A stretch of DNA of 64,000 bases from Amoebidium appalachense (taxonomy: Eukaryota; Protista; Ichthyosporea): assembly GCA_963693365.1 (NCBI GenBank), contig CAVNZM010000012.1, positions 310,001 through 374,000 of the forward strand. Direction: 5' to 3'. Shown here in pieces: positions 19,961 to 33,950 of this stretch (position 1 is its first letter; every line of letters begins with the position of its first letter). The position numbers and the translations under genes were made by a program. Below the pieces are notes generated by a model. That model was not told the DNA's origin and searched no databases. It saw only the letters and a list, made by a program, of their open reading frames with translations.

Positions 19961-20416
19961 TTGTGCAGATTTGTGTGGGTGGGTGGGGAAGGGGGGGAGA
20001 GGGGAAGGGGGGGATGGGAGCAGATTGTATGGATCAAGTGTGTGGGGTGGTTAGGAAGGGTCTGTGGTGGTGCTGCCTTTCATTGGGGTATGTTCTCTGC
20101 TCGCCTGCAGCAGCGGTTGGTTGAGACAGTGTGTGCCTAGATGTGAGTGTGCACACCTCCCCGCACGTGTGTTTGTACGAAATGTGGGCACGCAGGAGAT
20201 GCCTGCTTCCCAAGGCCGGTACTGACCGGCCTTTGCTCTGCTGCTGAAATTTGGGATGTGTAGGAGTGTGCTTGGGATGTGTACATGTTGGAGTGAACGT
20301 TTGGGATGTGACATGCACACTTAGGTGGGTTAGGGTAAAAATAGAGCAACTGCATGCTGGTGGTAGGATGGGTGGATGTTTTAATTTTATTTTGCTTTTG
20401 TTATTATTTTTTTTCT

Positions 20417-20447
<31 letters not shown>

Positions 20448-20627
20448 TCTTCCATATGGAGAAATATATTGTGTGTCTTAGGAGTGCTGGGACATTGGAG
20501 TGACTGGATGGTGTGTGTGAGCAGGTGGATAGGCGACTACTTTGGCTTCAACATAACCCACCCTCTGCCTATGGGGAGAATAGAGAAACCGTGCTGGGAG
20601 GTGAAGGCAAAAAAGAGGAAGGCGTGA
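15807..20627 (+). CDS. GT64-family (EXTL2-like) alpha-N-acetylhexosaminyltransferase, 5 exons
   Basis: Exons 15807-16551, 17486-17687, 19027-19135, 19609-19832, 20525-20627, all GT-AG and in phase. TM anchor and acidic stem, then RVVLIWN, NTLSNRYNP, DAVLLADDD, HRKYLDMY, HCDDVAISMLV and RTECCRWIGDYFG. Confidence 0.87.
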
Positions 20628-20667
20628 GCGGTATACGTATATGTGCACACACCACACACACAACGCG

Positions 20668-20713
<46 letters not shown>

Positions 20714-21660
20714 AATGTCTAATTATGTGCAGCCCAATATTTGATGCACACAACACTTACATCTTACATACGGGACATAGATGTGAAACCCGGGTAGCTA
20801 CTGCACACTCATGCACATTCAGCACATACGTAACAAAAAACAGCACGTTGACCTATAATACCTAGCCTTAACCGACAGATTTCTGCCACACAAAGGCTGG
20901 GCAGTGCACACAATCAATTGATAGCACAGCCGCATATATCATGGAAGTCACACCTATAATCGATACAGTTTGTGTATTCAATCAAAGTTTGAAAACCTTT
21001 GAGATCTAGACATGCACTTTCCTTTTCCTATTTCTCCCTTTTGAAAAAAATCGGTATTTAGGTGTCAGTACAACCTCGAAGGTCTGTTGTTGATAGATTA
21101 AAATCACGTGTTAACTCGTGGTGGTTTATCTTGAAGGGACTCGAATGCGGGTTGTAACAGAAGGTTTGAGCGTTACTTCATGATTTTACATCATCGTATA
21201 TTTACCTCTCTAAAGGACTTATTGTATTTTTAGTACCGTAGGCACTTTTCTTTTTGTTGATAACACACGATATTGTTGTCCTGCACAGAACGAAGGTTGG
21301 GGGGGGGGGGGGGGGGGGGGGAGGGGAAAGAAAATATATGCTGATCGTACATACGTGCACGTCCGAAGCCCCCCCCCCCCCCCCCCCCCCCCCCCTCCCT
21401 CCGGGCCCACCCACCCACATGACCCACACACTTACCTACACACGTGTACCCTGACCACCGCCACCGTGGCCCTTCAAGTTGCCGCAAAAAGGGAGATAAT
21501 GTTTGAACACAGATATCCCCCCGCACGTGCCACTGGCCACGTGATTTGATACGAACGTAATCCGTGCACCTAGGCGCTCCAATTCATTATATCCCCCCCC
21601 CCCCCTCCCCCCCCCCCCCCTCCCCTCCCTCCCACACACACACACACACAAAAAAAAAGA

Positions 21661-21708
<48 letters not shown>

Positions 21709-21894
21709 AAATAAAAAACAAGAAGAAGAAATTGTACGTTGTATTCTGTAACGCATTCGAACGGCTCTCCCCCCTTCAATGCAATCCCATTGTCGGTGTC
21801 AACAGTACTGGGACCGTTTGATGGGTTGTACATGTGCTGAAATCCCGTGCGGTCTCGCACTAGACAGAAGGATCCGCAGGGGGTGGGGTGGGGT

Positions 21895-21938
<44 letters not shown>

Positions 21939-22854
21939 AGGGCGCAGCACACAAGGCCAACCGGATTTATGTTCTGTAATGGGCAGCACTGTGCTCTGGG
22001 TCAGATCCGTACACGGTGCAGATTATTATGCATCTAACACTCGACGGCCCTCCGGCCGTTTTACCCTAAGGGCCCTGGAACCATGGAATCGCGGTGATCG
22101 GTCTCCGGGCCAAATTCACATGAAAAACAGGGTAACATCGAACGTAAAAAGGTACACCAGCTATGCGTTAGAGCTATGATTTTTATACGATAATTATCTA
22201 AATAGTGTTTTCTTGAAACGCTCAGTGCAGAAAAATTATAACTCAATTGGTTCGGCGTCAGCGACCGAAAAACCAACTACCCCAGAATCCGGTACGTTTT
22301 ACCATCGTACAGGCTATTATAAAGATTGCGTATTATAAAAACTTTTTACTCCGTTGAGTTATAAAAATTCTGAACTGCAGTTTTTAAGTTAGTACCATAT
22401 ACATCTCATTTTTATGTTCGAAAATGCTCTACCGTTTATTGTGTGTACCTTTTTGTCTTTTATATTCTTGCTTTTAGGTTACGCGCGGGTTATACAAAGC
22501 ATTTGCGTTACATCTTTGCCCCCCTCTAGCCCGTACGCATGAGCCTCGGCCTCGGCTCAGCCTGTGAGCCACATGTGACATCACGGTCAGTCAGTGATGA
22601 ATCCTGACTGCCTGACGGAAGCAAAGCCTAATGAAGTCTGCTGCACTTGTTACGATTTATTTGGTGGGGACAATGAAAAAAAAATCAAAGAGAAGTAATG
22701 AAAAGAGGATACATACATACTATATCGAAGAAAAAACCCCTCGCTAGCCTGGGGCGAGTGTCGTGTTATTCTCGTCATCATGAGCCACATGCAATTCCCC
22801 TCAGACTTGGGGCGAATCGTAAGGGTGTAACGAGCTCCCAGGACATTTTTTTTC

Positions 22855-25550
22855 TTCTTTTGGCTGGATTTATTCGACGGAAAGATATGCAAGTATGCAC
22901 GGCATACTGAGAAGACAATAAAAAAAATTTTTCTTTTGACTCGGTTTTATTGATCCGTTGATGAAGGCAACGTGCAGCCACAGGCTACATAACCACCAAT
23001 AGAACTCAAAAAGCCAAAGCCACGAAATAAAAATAAAGCGACAAGTGACAAAGCTACCAGCGGGCAAAACCTTAAGTGTACGTGTATGCGGGAAGCTAGC
23101 TTGCTCCAACTAGTCATATGCATCGATGTTGACCAGACCACACTCCGCAAGAAGACATCATTACTGCTGCTTCCCAAAGGTCCCCCTCAAAACCTACCGA
23201 GGCACAGTTAAGCAAGTCAGCCTCTAAAAGAGCAATGCAGACCATGATCTGAGCTAAAAAACAATCCCAACGGGCCCGGCCCCTAGATAACCCGGAGAAA
23301 CTGCATCTAGCTCTCTGATAAGGTGGCCTAGTTGTGGCAGGACACACAGAAAAACACAATTACAGAATGCATGCAAGCAAACCCGGTCATTGCCATACGA
23401 CTGGAGGCTAAGGACTGGCAGTCACTTGGAAGGCTCCCCGACGACCAAGTAGCCGCCCCTCCACTCACGCAGCGCAGAAGTAGCTGAAGAAGTTGCAGCA
23501 GCCCACCACCAATAGGTCGCGTAGAAGCGTAGACAGCGTGTAGAAGTTATCTTTGCCTCGAGTAAACAGCGTAAACCCCAAGTTACCATACTATGTTGCA
23601 GTGGACCACCAGGCGTTGAAGAAACCACTTCTCAAGCGAGAAACTCCGCGAAAGGGAGATGCCCCCACACACACCCTCACAGCAGTAGGAATACACCAGG
23701 CCACACCACACACTTGCTGCAGTCACGTTCCCCTGAGTGGGACTCCCTCCCACCACAAAAAGAAGAAACAAAAGCCTTTATATACCTGCCATGGTGAAAA
23801 ACTTCACGAGTTATCCAGTAACAAGTGCATACTGAGATACCTGAACACCGTGTGAAAATCATATAAATACTCAATGTGACGACCAACAGAATACAACAAA
23901 AAGTCTAAAGTGGTCACATTGCCGGCCAGTGTAGCAGACACCCGTAGGGAAAGAGGTAAAACGCGACGTAAAAACTCACACCTATCAACATGCTTGCGAT
24001 TACTAATTCAGCACAAAAGTGGCACCAGCGGCGATGAAAACAAAAATTACAACGCCATTGCACAACTTCCCAGGCAATATCAACATCAGAGCACCATACA
24101 GACTTATCTACAGTAGGGTGGTATCCATTACGTACAGCAGGAGAAATATATCCTGCCAAAGCTCCCAAAAAGCGATAATGGTCAGTACGGTGTTGCCTAA
24201 GGAACATAACACATGCCGACTGAGTTTTACCTTTGATTTCTCTATCACTGACCGAGAAAGAAACTTATACTGCGTATGGTAATAACACGAAAAGGCAGAA
24301 AAAACAGGAAGAGAAAAGAAAGAGGGAGTGAGATAGCGAGAGAAAGAATCAGGTTGAAAGAGGGTAGGCTGAGGACATTCAGAAGTAGCGTTGGTGAATC
24401 GGGGGGGAAGAGGGATGGAGGGAGGGGGGGGAAAGAAAGCATAAAGAGGGTGACCATCAGGTATCCTAACTAAATGAAGACAAAAACGATGAGACAATTC
24501 CTCCATACGACAAATAGCAGACGACAATCCAAACATACTGATTAAGGGAGGCACAAACTGAGTACGAAACAAAGTGCGCAGCGCAGTACCCTGAAAATCG
24601 TCGAACTCTTTCAGCGCCACGGCCGCCTTGCGAGGTGGGGCGCAGGTCAATAGCGGAAGTCCGAGTCCATATTCGAAAGTCGGCCGTAAAAAAGTTTTAT
24701 AGTAGAGAAGAAGGTTCGCAGGATGGATCACAGACTCCCGGTGAAAAATATTTGACACGATGTGAAGCTTACCCTTCGCACGAGCGATCCGTGCCGTGAG
24801 GAGCTTGCGGAAATCAATACCCCGTGCAGTAAAAGGAATACCCAAAATTTAATAGTCATAGGTGCTCTGAACAGGAATAGGAAGACCGGCCAATCGAAAG
24901 GAAACGTTTTCCGAAAAAGTAGCACACTAAGTCTTTGCAATTCCGCCGTCATGAGATTCTCGGTGCACCATTATCCACCTGACGAAGCATCTGGTGCATG
25001 CCATCTTCGGTTAAGGAACAAAGAACAATATCTTCCGCAAAAAGGAGACCCAGTACACGGCGGTTCTTTTTTTCCTTTGACTGGATTTATTCGACGGAAA
25101 GATATGCAAGTGTGCACGGCATACTGAGAAGACAATAAAAACTTCACGAGTTATCCAGTAACAAGTGCATACTGAGATACCTGAACAGTGTGAAAATCAT
25201 ATAAATACTCAATGTGACGACCAACAGAATTCAACAAAAGTCTAAAATGTTCACATTGCCAGCCAGTATAGCAGACACCCGTAGGGAAAGAGGTAAAGGT
25301 AACAGGCTGCCAGTGGGTATAACACGAATAGGCATGAAGAAAGCCCCTTGAAGGGAAGAAAGACGGAACACGGCTTTTAAAGAATCGTCGGTGTTAAACG
25401 CGCGAAGCATGCAACCCTCGAAGAGCCGACGAAAAACGTTGGTAAGTGTGACGGGACGAAACCCCCTGCGATACCTTCTTACGAACGGGCGTAACGATTG
25501 TGTCAAGCAACGAATTTGGAATAAACCCGAGTTCGAAAAAAGCAGGACAT
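22855..25550 (-). mobile_element. Degenerate, rearranged non-LTR (LINE-like) retrotransposon
   Basis: RT N-part GFIPNS...PVRKK..GFRPVTLTNVFRRLFE and LQGAF (25550-25340). Catalytic motif decayed to LLFAEDIVL (25030-25041). Thumb region LGIPF and YKTFLRPTFEYG. C-terminal CHFC...HVDRC zinc finger, then LDFLL and a stop near 23804. Many frameshifts. Confidence 0.85.
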
Positions 25551-26665
25551 TCGAACTTCCTAATAATCCACAAACCTTATTTCCACATTTATGTAGGCCT
25601 ATGAAGCTAGCGCAATAAACGCAAAACCAGAATAATTTTATTGCATGTTTAATTTAAGGCTTGTAATGTACGTAGAATATTGCCTTTGTAGCAGAGCTTC
25701 CTATGGTTAAAAATTCCTAAAGCCGAAAATTCGAAATCTTCTGATGCCCCGCGGCGCACATAGACATCGGCCGCACCGCGGTCGCCGGAGTCCGCCGGAC
25801 CCCAAACACATAATAAAGTTTAGGGCGACTCAGTGGTGACGGAAACTTTCAGCCAATCATACTTTAGCTGCTTTTTAGAGCCTCGATTCAATGCGGCACA
25901 ACGCTGCTTTTTTTGTCCAACCTTTTTTGGTTATTTGCCATTGCCGAACGCGATACTATTGGTCATATGGAGATACGACCCAGCCAATCAGAGCATGGCA
26001 GGGTCGATGAAATCAATGGTTTTATCCCCCTTAAAGTTGTTGGTTATAAAAAATAGGCCTGCCACTAGTATGTCTGGGGGGTGAATGTGCTGTTTATTAA
26101 CGACATAGCTGTGATGAGTTGTCGGCACCAAGGCCAACAGTACTTCCACCCAACAAGATATACATGTAAAAAATCGAGGTTACACCTACAACATACAAAT
26201 CATATGTGGAGATATAACGTATCAGGCATACATCATATGTGGAGATATTCTTTTTTTTTTTTTTTTTTCAAGTACACCGGCACTAGTCAGCATTCTGACA
26301 CAGTAGTATGTCTGGTTTTTGAACAGCAAACTAATATTACTGCAAGGTTACTCGAACTTTACCACTACTTATACTTCCATACATACACCTTCTAACTCTT
26401 AAGTCACCGTGTAAGCACCTACCGGAACAACTACGCCGCTCTGATGAGCCTATTCCACTATTATGTCTACAGCTTGCCAGGTGTCCGAACAGGATTATTG
26501 CCCACAACAATACAAATCGGTGCTGTCTATGTTGCATGCTAACTGCACATATCCATATACTTACCATAAAAAAGCAAGGATGCACCATTGCTCAAGTAAT
26601 GTGCAGGTGCGGCAGGGATGTGTGCACATGCAAAAGTCCCCCCCCCCCCCCCCCCCCCCCCCCCT

Positions 26666-27761
26666 CTACAGGCACACCTCCAGAGCACTAAAAACTTCCT
26701 CAGTCGCAACCTCAAAGTCCTCTCCTGCTGGCAGCACCACACTATCCCCCACCCCGAGGGTGTGTGTGCCACGTGACCCACTAGCCACGTGCATGGATCC
26801 TTCCAGAACAAACACAAACCTATACTCCCCCTCGTGCCGCAGTGCCGCCTTGTAGCCCTTCTCCCCCTTCACTACCCACACACGTGCCAACCCATCCGTT
26901 GCTCCCCCAATACCTGTATCCCTTCCCTCGGCTCCCGCCCACCCGGGCACAGGCAGCATGGGAGCCCCCTTGGCGATGTGCCGCACGAACCTCTGCCCCT
27001 CCCAAATGCGATCGGGATTTTGGGGATTCTCGCAGTTGGGCAGGGTGATGGTGTGCTCGACACATGTTTCGTGAATGGCCGGGCAGCCGATCTCAATCAC
27101 CTCCAGCCCGTCAGAAGCTTCGAGAACACGGTGGCGGATGGCGGGGGGCTGCAGCACACAGTCGCCTGCCTCGAGCACAAAGGGGGGCCCTTGATCCTCG
27201 TAGACAACACGCACCCAGCCCTTGTAGCAGAAGATCATCTGGAAGCGCACGTTGTGGTAGTGCACGTAGTCGGGCACGGGGCCACCGTTAGGAATGGCAA
27301 TGTGCGAGGCAATAAACCGCCCGCCCAGCCTGTCGGGTATCAGGTCGCGGTACATCATGCCTGCTCGCCCCTTGCCCCAGCCCTCCCCATCTCCCTTTGG
27401 CATGCGAGTCAGCACGAACGCCTGGTGGCCCTCAGGGACATCCAGCCGGAAGACACTGTCGATCAACTCCACCTGCCAACCCTCTGGCCCAGAAAGAAGC
27501 GTGGGTGTGCCATTTGGAAGAGAGGAGAGGTCACACAGAGCCTGGAGATGAATGGGGGTGGAAGAGGCAGGGGCAGAGCGGTCAAGACGAATGTTTAACC
27601 CCTTTCCGGAGAGATCGGCAACAGAGGGCGAGTCTGCGGGGGAAGATGCGCACAAGGCGCATGCCCACTGTGGTGGTGAGGAAGTCGATGAGGGCCTGCA
27701 GGTCGGTGCAGGGGAGCACGAGGCGTGCCTCCTGCACGTGGTCACTGACAGTCACGGCCAT
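26666..27761 (-). CDS. Intronless bacterial-type cupin-domain protein with an N-terminal glyoxalase-like segment (one frameshift)
   Basis: Likely start is the ATG at 27761 (MAVTVSDHVQEARLVLPCTDLQALIDFLTTTVGMRLVRIFP). It joins the 26666-27745 ORF (ADSPSVA...) if one base is removed from the G5 run at 27638-27642. Cupin motifs GRAGMMYRDLIPDRLGGRFIASHI, DYVHYHNVRFQMIFCYKGW and GDCVLQPPAIRHRVLE; a second cupin-like lobe at the C-terminus. Confidence 0.8.
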
Positions 27762-28257
27762 AGTGCACGTGTTTGGAAGGTGCTAGATCAGTGTTAGGGT
27801 GGGGTAAATACTCTGTTTGTCCTTCTGCCTGCACTTGTTGGTTGAGAAACAGTGCGCGCTGTCCAACGTGTCGCTGACATGGGTGGGCTTTTTTCCTTGT
27901 TGCTTTTTCTCCGGGAAGTGCGCCTGACGTGGGGCGGTAAAAACGCAAAAACGGTGCCTGGGAGCTTTCCGATTGGTTGGTGGCTCAAGGCACGAACACG
28001 AACGGGTCAGAGAATGCGATTCGAATCAAACGGTTCGAGTCAAGAGTGAGCCTGAACCGTTTGATGACATCATCAAGAATCACTGATTTTTGAAAACCAA
28101 AAACCAAAAACCAAAACATCACAGAAAAGGGAGAGAGCGACACAGAGAGAGGGAGAAAGAGTAAAACGAAGGACAGTCACACACTACAGACATTTAGGAA
28201 ACAACAGGGCCACCAGCACATAAAGGCACATAGACAGGGACATATATACACGCCACA
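27762..28257. promoter_or_regulatory. Compact bidirectional promoter between the cupin gene and PSMA3
   Basis: 496 bp between divergent ATGs. Reverse CCAAT (GATTGG at ~27971) and a perfect 12-bp inverted repeat, ATCAAACGGTTC / GAACCGTTTGAT, at 28025-28065. Confidence 0.5.
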
Positions 28258-29806
28258 ATGAGCTCCATAGGCACCGGGGTATGTGTAGGCTCCTTGCACA
28301 CACGTTTACTAAGAACTGATATGCTATCAGCCTTGAAAATCTTTCAGTAGCTATTTTTTGCATGCTCTTAGGTCACTTAGTAGCACATCAGGGATACAGG
28401 CAGTGCATTCAGGGAAAGGAAAGGGACACCTGTACAGCCGAGCACCGCCAGGGATATGCGCACACTCAAGCACGCACGTACACACACATGCATACACACA
28501 GCCATGGGAACACGACCGTAGACCCAAACTCTAGCAGACACAGGGGCAAACTGGCACATACCACGCACACACATACGCACCCCACGCGTGCACACGCACA
28601 CACGCACCCATACACATACACACACAGGGACAGATGCACACACAAGCACGCACACACACACATAGACACACAGGCACACGCACATGCACACGCATGCACG
28701 CACGCACGCACGCACGCACATACAGACACACCCAAGCCTGGCGCGAGCACCTGGACATATTTGCATTTAGCTACTGAAATCGGCCCTTCCCCTGCCCCTT
28801 TCTCATACCCTCCCCCAAAGACACATAAACACAGAGACACACAAACACACACACACAAACATACACACACTCACAGAGAGAGAGAGAGAGAGACACATAC
28901 ACACATAGACACGCATACGCACACGCACACACACAAACACACACACACACACACACACACTAAAACACCCAAAGAGACGCATGCGTGCACGCATACAGAC
29001 ACCTGTGCGGTGAGCACCAAGCCGTATGTGTGTAAGCCATGTCATGTATTCACAACCTCAGAAATGCACATGCACATACACGCACACAACCGACTGGTGT
29101 ACACTCAACCTTTCAAATCCACACACGACGTTTAAATCACGGACAGCTACACCTCCTTCCACACTAGCAGAAATAAAAGATAATGGACGCTTTTGTCAGA
29201 AGCATACACAGCGCATGCTACCCACACAAGCTTGTATACACGTATTTCTCCGTAATTGGGGACTGTGCCGTAATTCGTAATTCTTCCCCCCCCCCCGGCC
29301 GCTCCCCGTGTTGTCCCCCCACCCCCCTAACCCCCCACCTGCAGTATGATCTGTCAGCCACCACCTTTTCCCCCCGACGGCCGGGTGTTCCAGGTCGAAT
29401 ATGCTGGAAAGGCCGTCGAGAACAGCGGGTATGCCCCCCCCCCCCCCCCCCCCCCCTCCCCCCTCCGGCACCCGCCTTCTTCCTCCATCTTCCTCACCGA
29501 GCGAGCCATGGCCAGCACGAGCATGCAAGTATGCGCAACAGCTCTTATCAGACAGGCACCTCTGTGTGTCTCACCACCCTTAAAACCCTTGCGATGTCAT
29601 TTTGTGCCATGTGTTTTCTGCTTCTCGTCTCCTTTTTCGCTCTCACCCCCTTGGACCTGGAAGCATAAGAGGAAAGGGAGTTGATGGGGAAGGGAGACGG
29701 GAGAAGGGGCAGGAAAGAAAAGGTTTACGGTTCTGTTGTGTGTGTCCTGGAGTGGGATTGATACAGTTAACCTGTTCGGGTTTCCCTCCTTTTACGCTCG
29801 ATTTAT

Positions 29807-29841
<35 letters not shown>

Positions 29842-30903
29842 CCTTTTTTTTTTTTTTTTTTTTTTTGGTGGGGGGGGGGGGGGGGGGGGGGGGGGGGGAT
29901 AAGATAAATCGAGCGGTCAGCAGAATAATGCTCTTTACACATGGGGAAAATTACGGCCCTTTTTCAGCTCTCGGGTGTCTTTCTTTATGGATGTTCTGTA
30001 TGTGTATATGTGGCAGTGAGTAAGGTATTAAAGGGTGATCGTGTGTTTGGTTGGATGGTTTGAGCGTGTGCAGGTAAGAGCGGGTTGTTAGTGTGTTAAT
30101 ACTATGGCTTTCTCTCTCGCACCACCTCCTTTCTGTTGTGTGTGTGCTTGGGGTGGTGGGTTAGTGTCCGGGTGCATACCCGTACGAGATGAGTTTTTGC
30201 GCTTGGAATTTCTGCCTCATGGCCACCATCTCTGATTGGGGAAGAAAAGTAGAGAGGCAGTAGTGGTTGGATGGGGAAAGATAGCTAGTAGAACAGGGTT
30301 AAGGTGGTGGGGAAACACCGAGGAAGGGCTTTTTTTTGTGTGTGGGGAGTTGGGAGGGGGAGGGAGGGGGGGGGGGGGGAGGGGGGGGGTGGTTGTACTC
30401 GTGTTACTATACAGGATAATGGACACGTGTTTTCAGGACTGCCATTGCTGTGCGCTGCAAGGACGGGGTGGTGTTTGGGGTTGAAAAGATCATCCTGTCC
30501 AAACTGTACGAGCCAGACAGCAACCCTCGCAACTTCACCATCGACAGGCACATAGGCTTGGTGCGTGTCTTGCTCGTTCTGTTTTTGTTTGTTTTCTTTT
30601 TTGCCTTTTCATTTTGCTGTGTGCATGTGTCCATCGTGCATTTCGGTATACTATTTCTGTCCCCCCCCCCCCCCCCCCCCCCCCCCTTTTTTTTTTTTAG
30701 CAGGTATGAGCGGAGGGAGGGGAGGTGAGGTGGGGGCTGTGATTGGTTTGAGAAAAACGGAGGGTGTGTGTATGGGTGGGGGGGGGGGGGGGAGGGGGGG
30801 GGTAGATGTGTGTGCGGGTAGTGTTGCTATTTGAAGAGAGGGGAAGGGTATGTGTGTCTGTTGGTGGAAGAGGGGGGCGGGGAAGGGGGGAGAGGGTGGG
30901 GAA

Positions 30904-30939
<36 letters not shown>

Positions 30940-31205
30940 CGGGTTGTTGGCTCTTCTCGGCACACATGTTACGTTTCCCCAAGTACATGCATGTTGGTGT
31001 ATTTTGGCATGACCATCCCTCTCTCCCCTTAGCTACTTTATGCCCCCTCCCCGCCTCCCCCCTCCCCCCCCTCTCTAGTTCGTACTCTTTAACACATTGG
31101 TCCCCCCCCCCCCCCCCCCCTTCCCCCCCCCCCTTGCTTCTCCCCCCTCGCCCCCCCCTCCCCTGAGCGCCGTGGACGTAGGCTTTCTGTAACACATTCT
31201 TATCC

Positions 31206-31243
<38 letters not shown>

Positions 31244-31946
31244 AGGCGTTTAGTGGTCTGTCAGCAGATGCACGGCAGATCGTCAACCGGGCACGCAGTG
31301 AGGCAGCCAGCTACCGCAACTCATACGGTGTGCCCATCCCATGCAAGGTCGGTGTGATTGCTGTACATGTGTTGTGAGGGGTGAAGGTTGGGTGGTGGTG
31401 GTGGTGGTGGTGGGGGGGGGGGGGAGGGGGGACCTATCTGGAATGTAAAAGCGGCTGCACTTGAAAGGTGTGTGGCAAAACGGGGAGCTTAGCTGTTTTA
31501 TATAAGCATCTACGTTAAATATTTGCGGGGGAGAGGGGGAGACGGGATGGGTGGATGGGGTGAGGAAGGAGGGGTGTGGTGAGGAGATGGGGGAAATAGA
31601 GAGATAAAGAGAGACACAATATGACTGTAGAGCACACAGGTACAGGAACCCTGTGACAGACACACACACTGTCGACTACATCGGAGATATCCATTCATAT
31701 AATTAGAATATCAACATACACACACACTAACATACACACGCACAAAGGACATGGGCGCGTGCGCGTGCGCACACGCACACACACACACACACACACACAG
31801 ACACACGTACACGCACACGCACACGCACAAGCACACGCACACGCTTTCGAATGTTCATCACCCCCCTTCCTTCCCCCCCCCCCACACGCACGCACGCACG
31901 CATGCACGCACGCACACACGCACGCACGCACACACATGCACGCACG

Positions 31947-32002
<56 letters not shown>

Positions 32003-32152
32003 TTCTTGCGGAGCGCATTGCCGGGTTCATGCAGGTCTACACACTCTACTCCCACATCCGGCCGTTTGGCTGCTCTGTTCTGATTGGTGCGTTTGATGAC
32101 GAGGGTCCCCAATTGTACATGGTCGAGCCCAGCGGTGTCTCTTGTGTATGTG

Positions 32153-32194
<42 letters not shown>

Positions 32195-32469
32195 CCCTGA
32201 TGATGGGCTCTGTTCAAGTGCGTGCTGCCGGCACATTTACATTGTTTGATTTCTGGGTATTCATTTTTGTGAAGTTTTGTAATTGCCCGCTGGTGCCTCC
32301 TCCATATTTCCAACCCTCTAACTCACACCCCCTCTCTCCCCCCCCCCCCCCCTCCCCCCCCCCTCCCCCCCTGGGTGGTGTGGTGTGTAAAGGGAAGGGA
32401 GAGGAAAAGGAGGGGGGAAAGGGGGGGGGCGGAAGGGTTTTTTTTTCGCTAGGTGTGTGTGTGTGTGTT

Positions 32470-32509
<40 letters not shown>

Positions 32510-33527
32510 TTTTGAGATGCAGTTGAGGACGCATGGTGTGGAAGGTGGGGGGTTTGCTCGGTTAGGTGTGTGTTGTGTGAGCCTTTTGTGCTCCCCTATC
32601 CTGGTCTGCCCTTGGTGCATGGGGTACGTTATGCTGCATAGTTGGTGTGGTAGTGCATGAATGGGTTGGTGGGGCATATAGGCACATGCAGTTGGATATA
32701 TCAATAGGCATATAGGCACATACAGTTGAATATATCAATAGGCCTATAGGCACATACAGTTGGATATTTTAATAGTCATATAGGTACATACAGTTGGATG
32801 TATCAATAGGCATATAGGCACATGCAGTTGTATATATCAATAGGCCCATAGGCACATGCAGTTGGATATATCAATAGGCCTATAGGCACATACAGTTATA
32901 TATCTCAATGGGGCGTATAGGCACACAGCCACCCCTGTATGTGGTGCATATATTGACAAAGTGTTTCAGGGGTTCCATGGTTGTGCCGTGGGCAAGGGCC
33001 GGCAGGCAGCGCGGACTGAGCTTGAGAAGATGGACTTGGGCAAGGTGTCGTGCAGAGACGCCATCAACACCCTGGCTAAGATGTGCGTGCCCGTGCTTGT
33101 TCTCACTCACTGCCCGTGCTGGCACTCACTGTGCACGTGCCTGGGGTCACTGTGTACGTGCTTGGGATGTGCACGTGCTAGGGGTCACTGTGCACGTGCA
33201 TGCCTGCTGCTGTGCACACAGTGATTGCATGCGCATGGGTACACATGCAGCGCACACGGGGGCACTACCACACAAACCCACACACACAGACACACGTGAC
33301 CATCACTGGCTGCATGCACACACACATTCTTGGCGGTGCTGGCTGTGTGTTGGGTAGAAAATCAAGGAGGTAGAGGGGTAGGGAGGCTTGGCCATGTGGG
33401 TTTGAGGGTGCCTAGACTGCTGGATCGTACTTGTACTGATACCTCTAGAGCTCTTTTCGTGCCTGTTTAGGCGGCTGGGTTGGTGATGGAGTGGGTGAAG
33501 GAAGTGTGTGTGTGTGTTTTTTTGTCT

Positions 33528-33558
<31 letters not shown>

Positions 33559-33905
33559 GTCTGTGCACGGGTGTGTGTGTTTGGAGGGGGGAGGGAGGAG
33601 GAGTGGGGGAAGGGCGGTGGGGGGGGGGGGCTGTTCTTTGTGAGCACACGTGTGGGAGGGTAGGGATGCCCTTTTGTGTGCTGACGTGTGGCTGCAGCAT
33701 CTACACGATCCACGACGATGTGAAGGACAAGGAGTTTGAGCTGGAGATGAGCTGGGTGGGCAATGAGAGCGGCCGCAGGCACACATTCGTGCCCAGCGAC
33801 ATAGTCAAGAATGCGGCAGATGCGGCAAAGGTGTGTGCGTGTGGTTGTATGCGTGGGTAGGGGTGGCGTGTGCGGGTGGGTGGGTGGGTAGGTGGGGGTG
33901 GAGGT

Positions 33906-33950
<45 letters not shown>

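Noticed and set aside
22586-22615. TGATGA...CTGA in a short hairpin, resembling a C/D box snoRNA
   Set aside because: The boxes are only a few nucleotides apart, leaving no room for a guide sequence.
24975-25020. CTGACGA motif suggesting a hammerhead ribozyme or Penelope element (similar motif at ~22612)
   Set aside because: No correctly placed GAAA or stem III, and the segment is the antisense of RT coding sequence (HQMLRQV).
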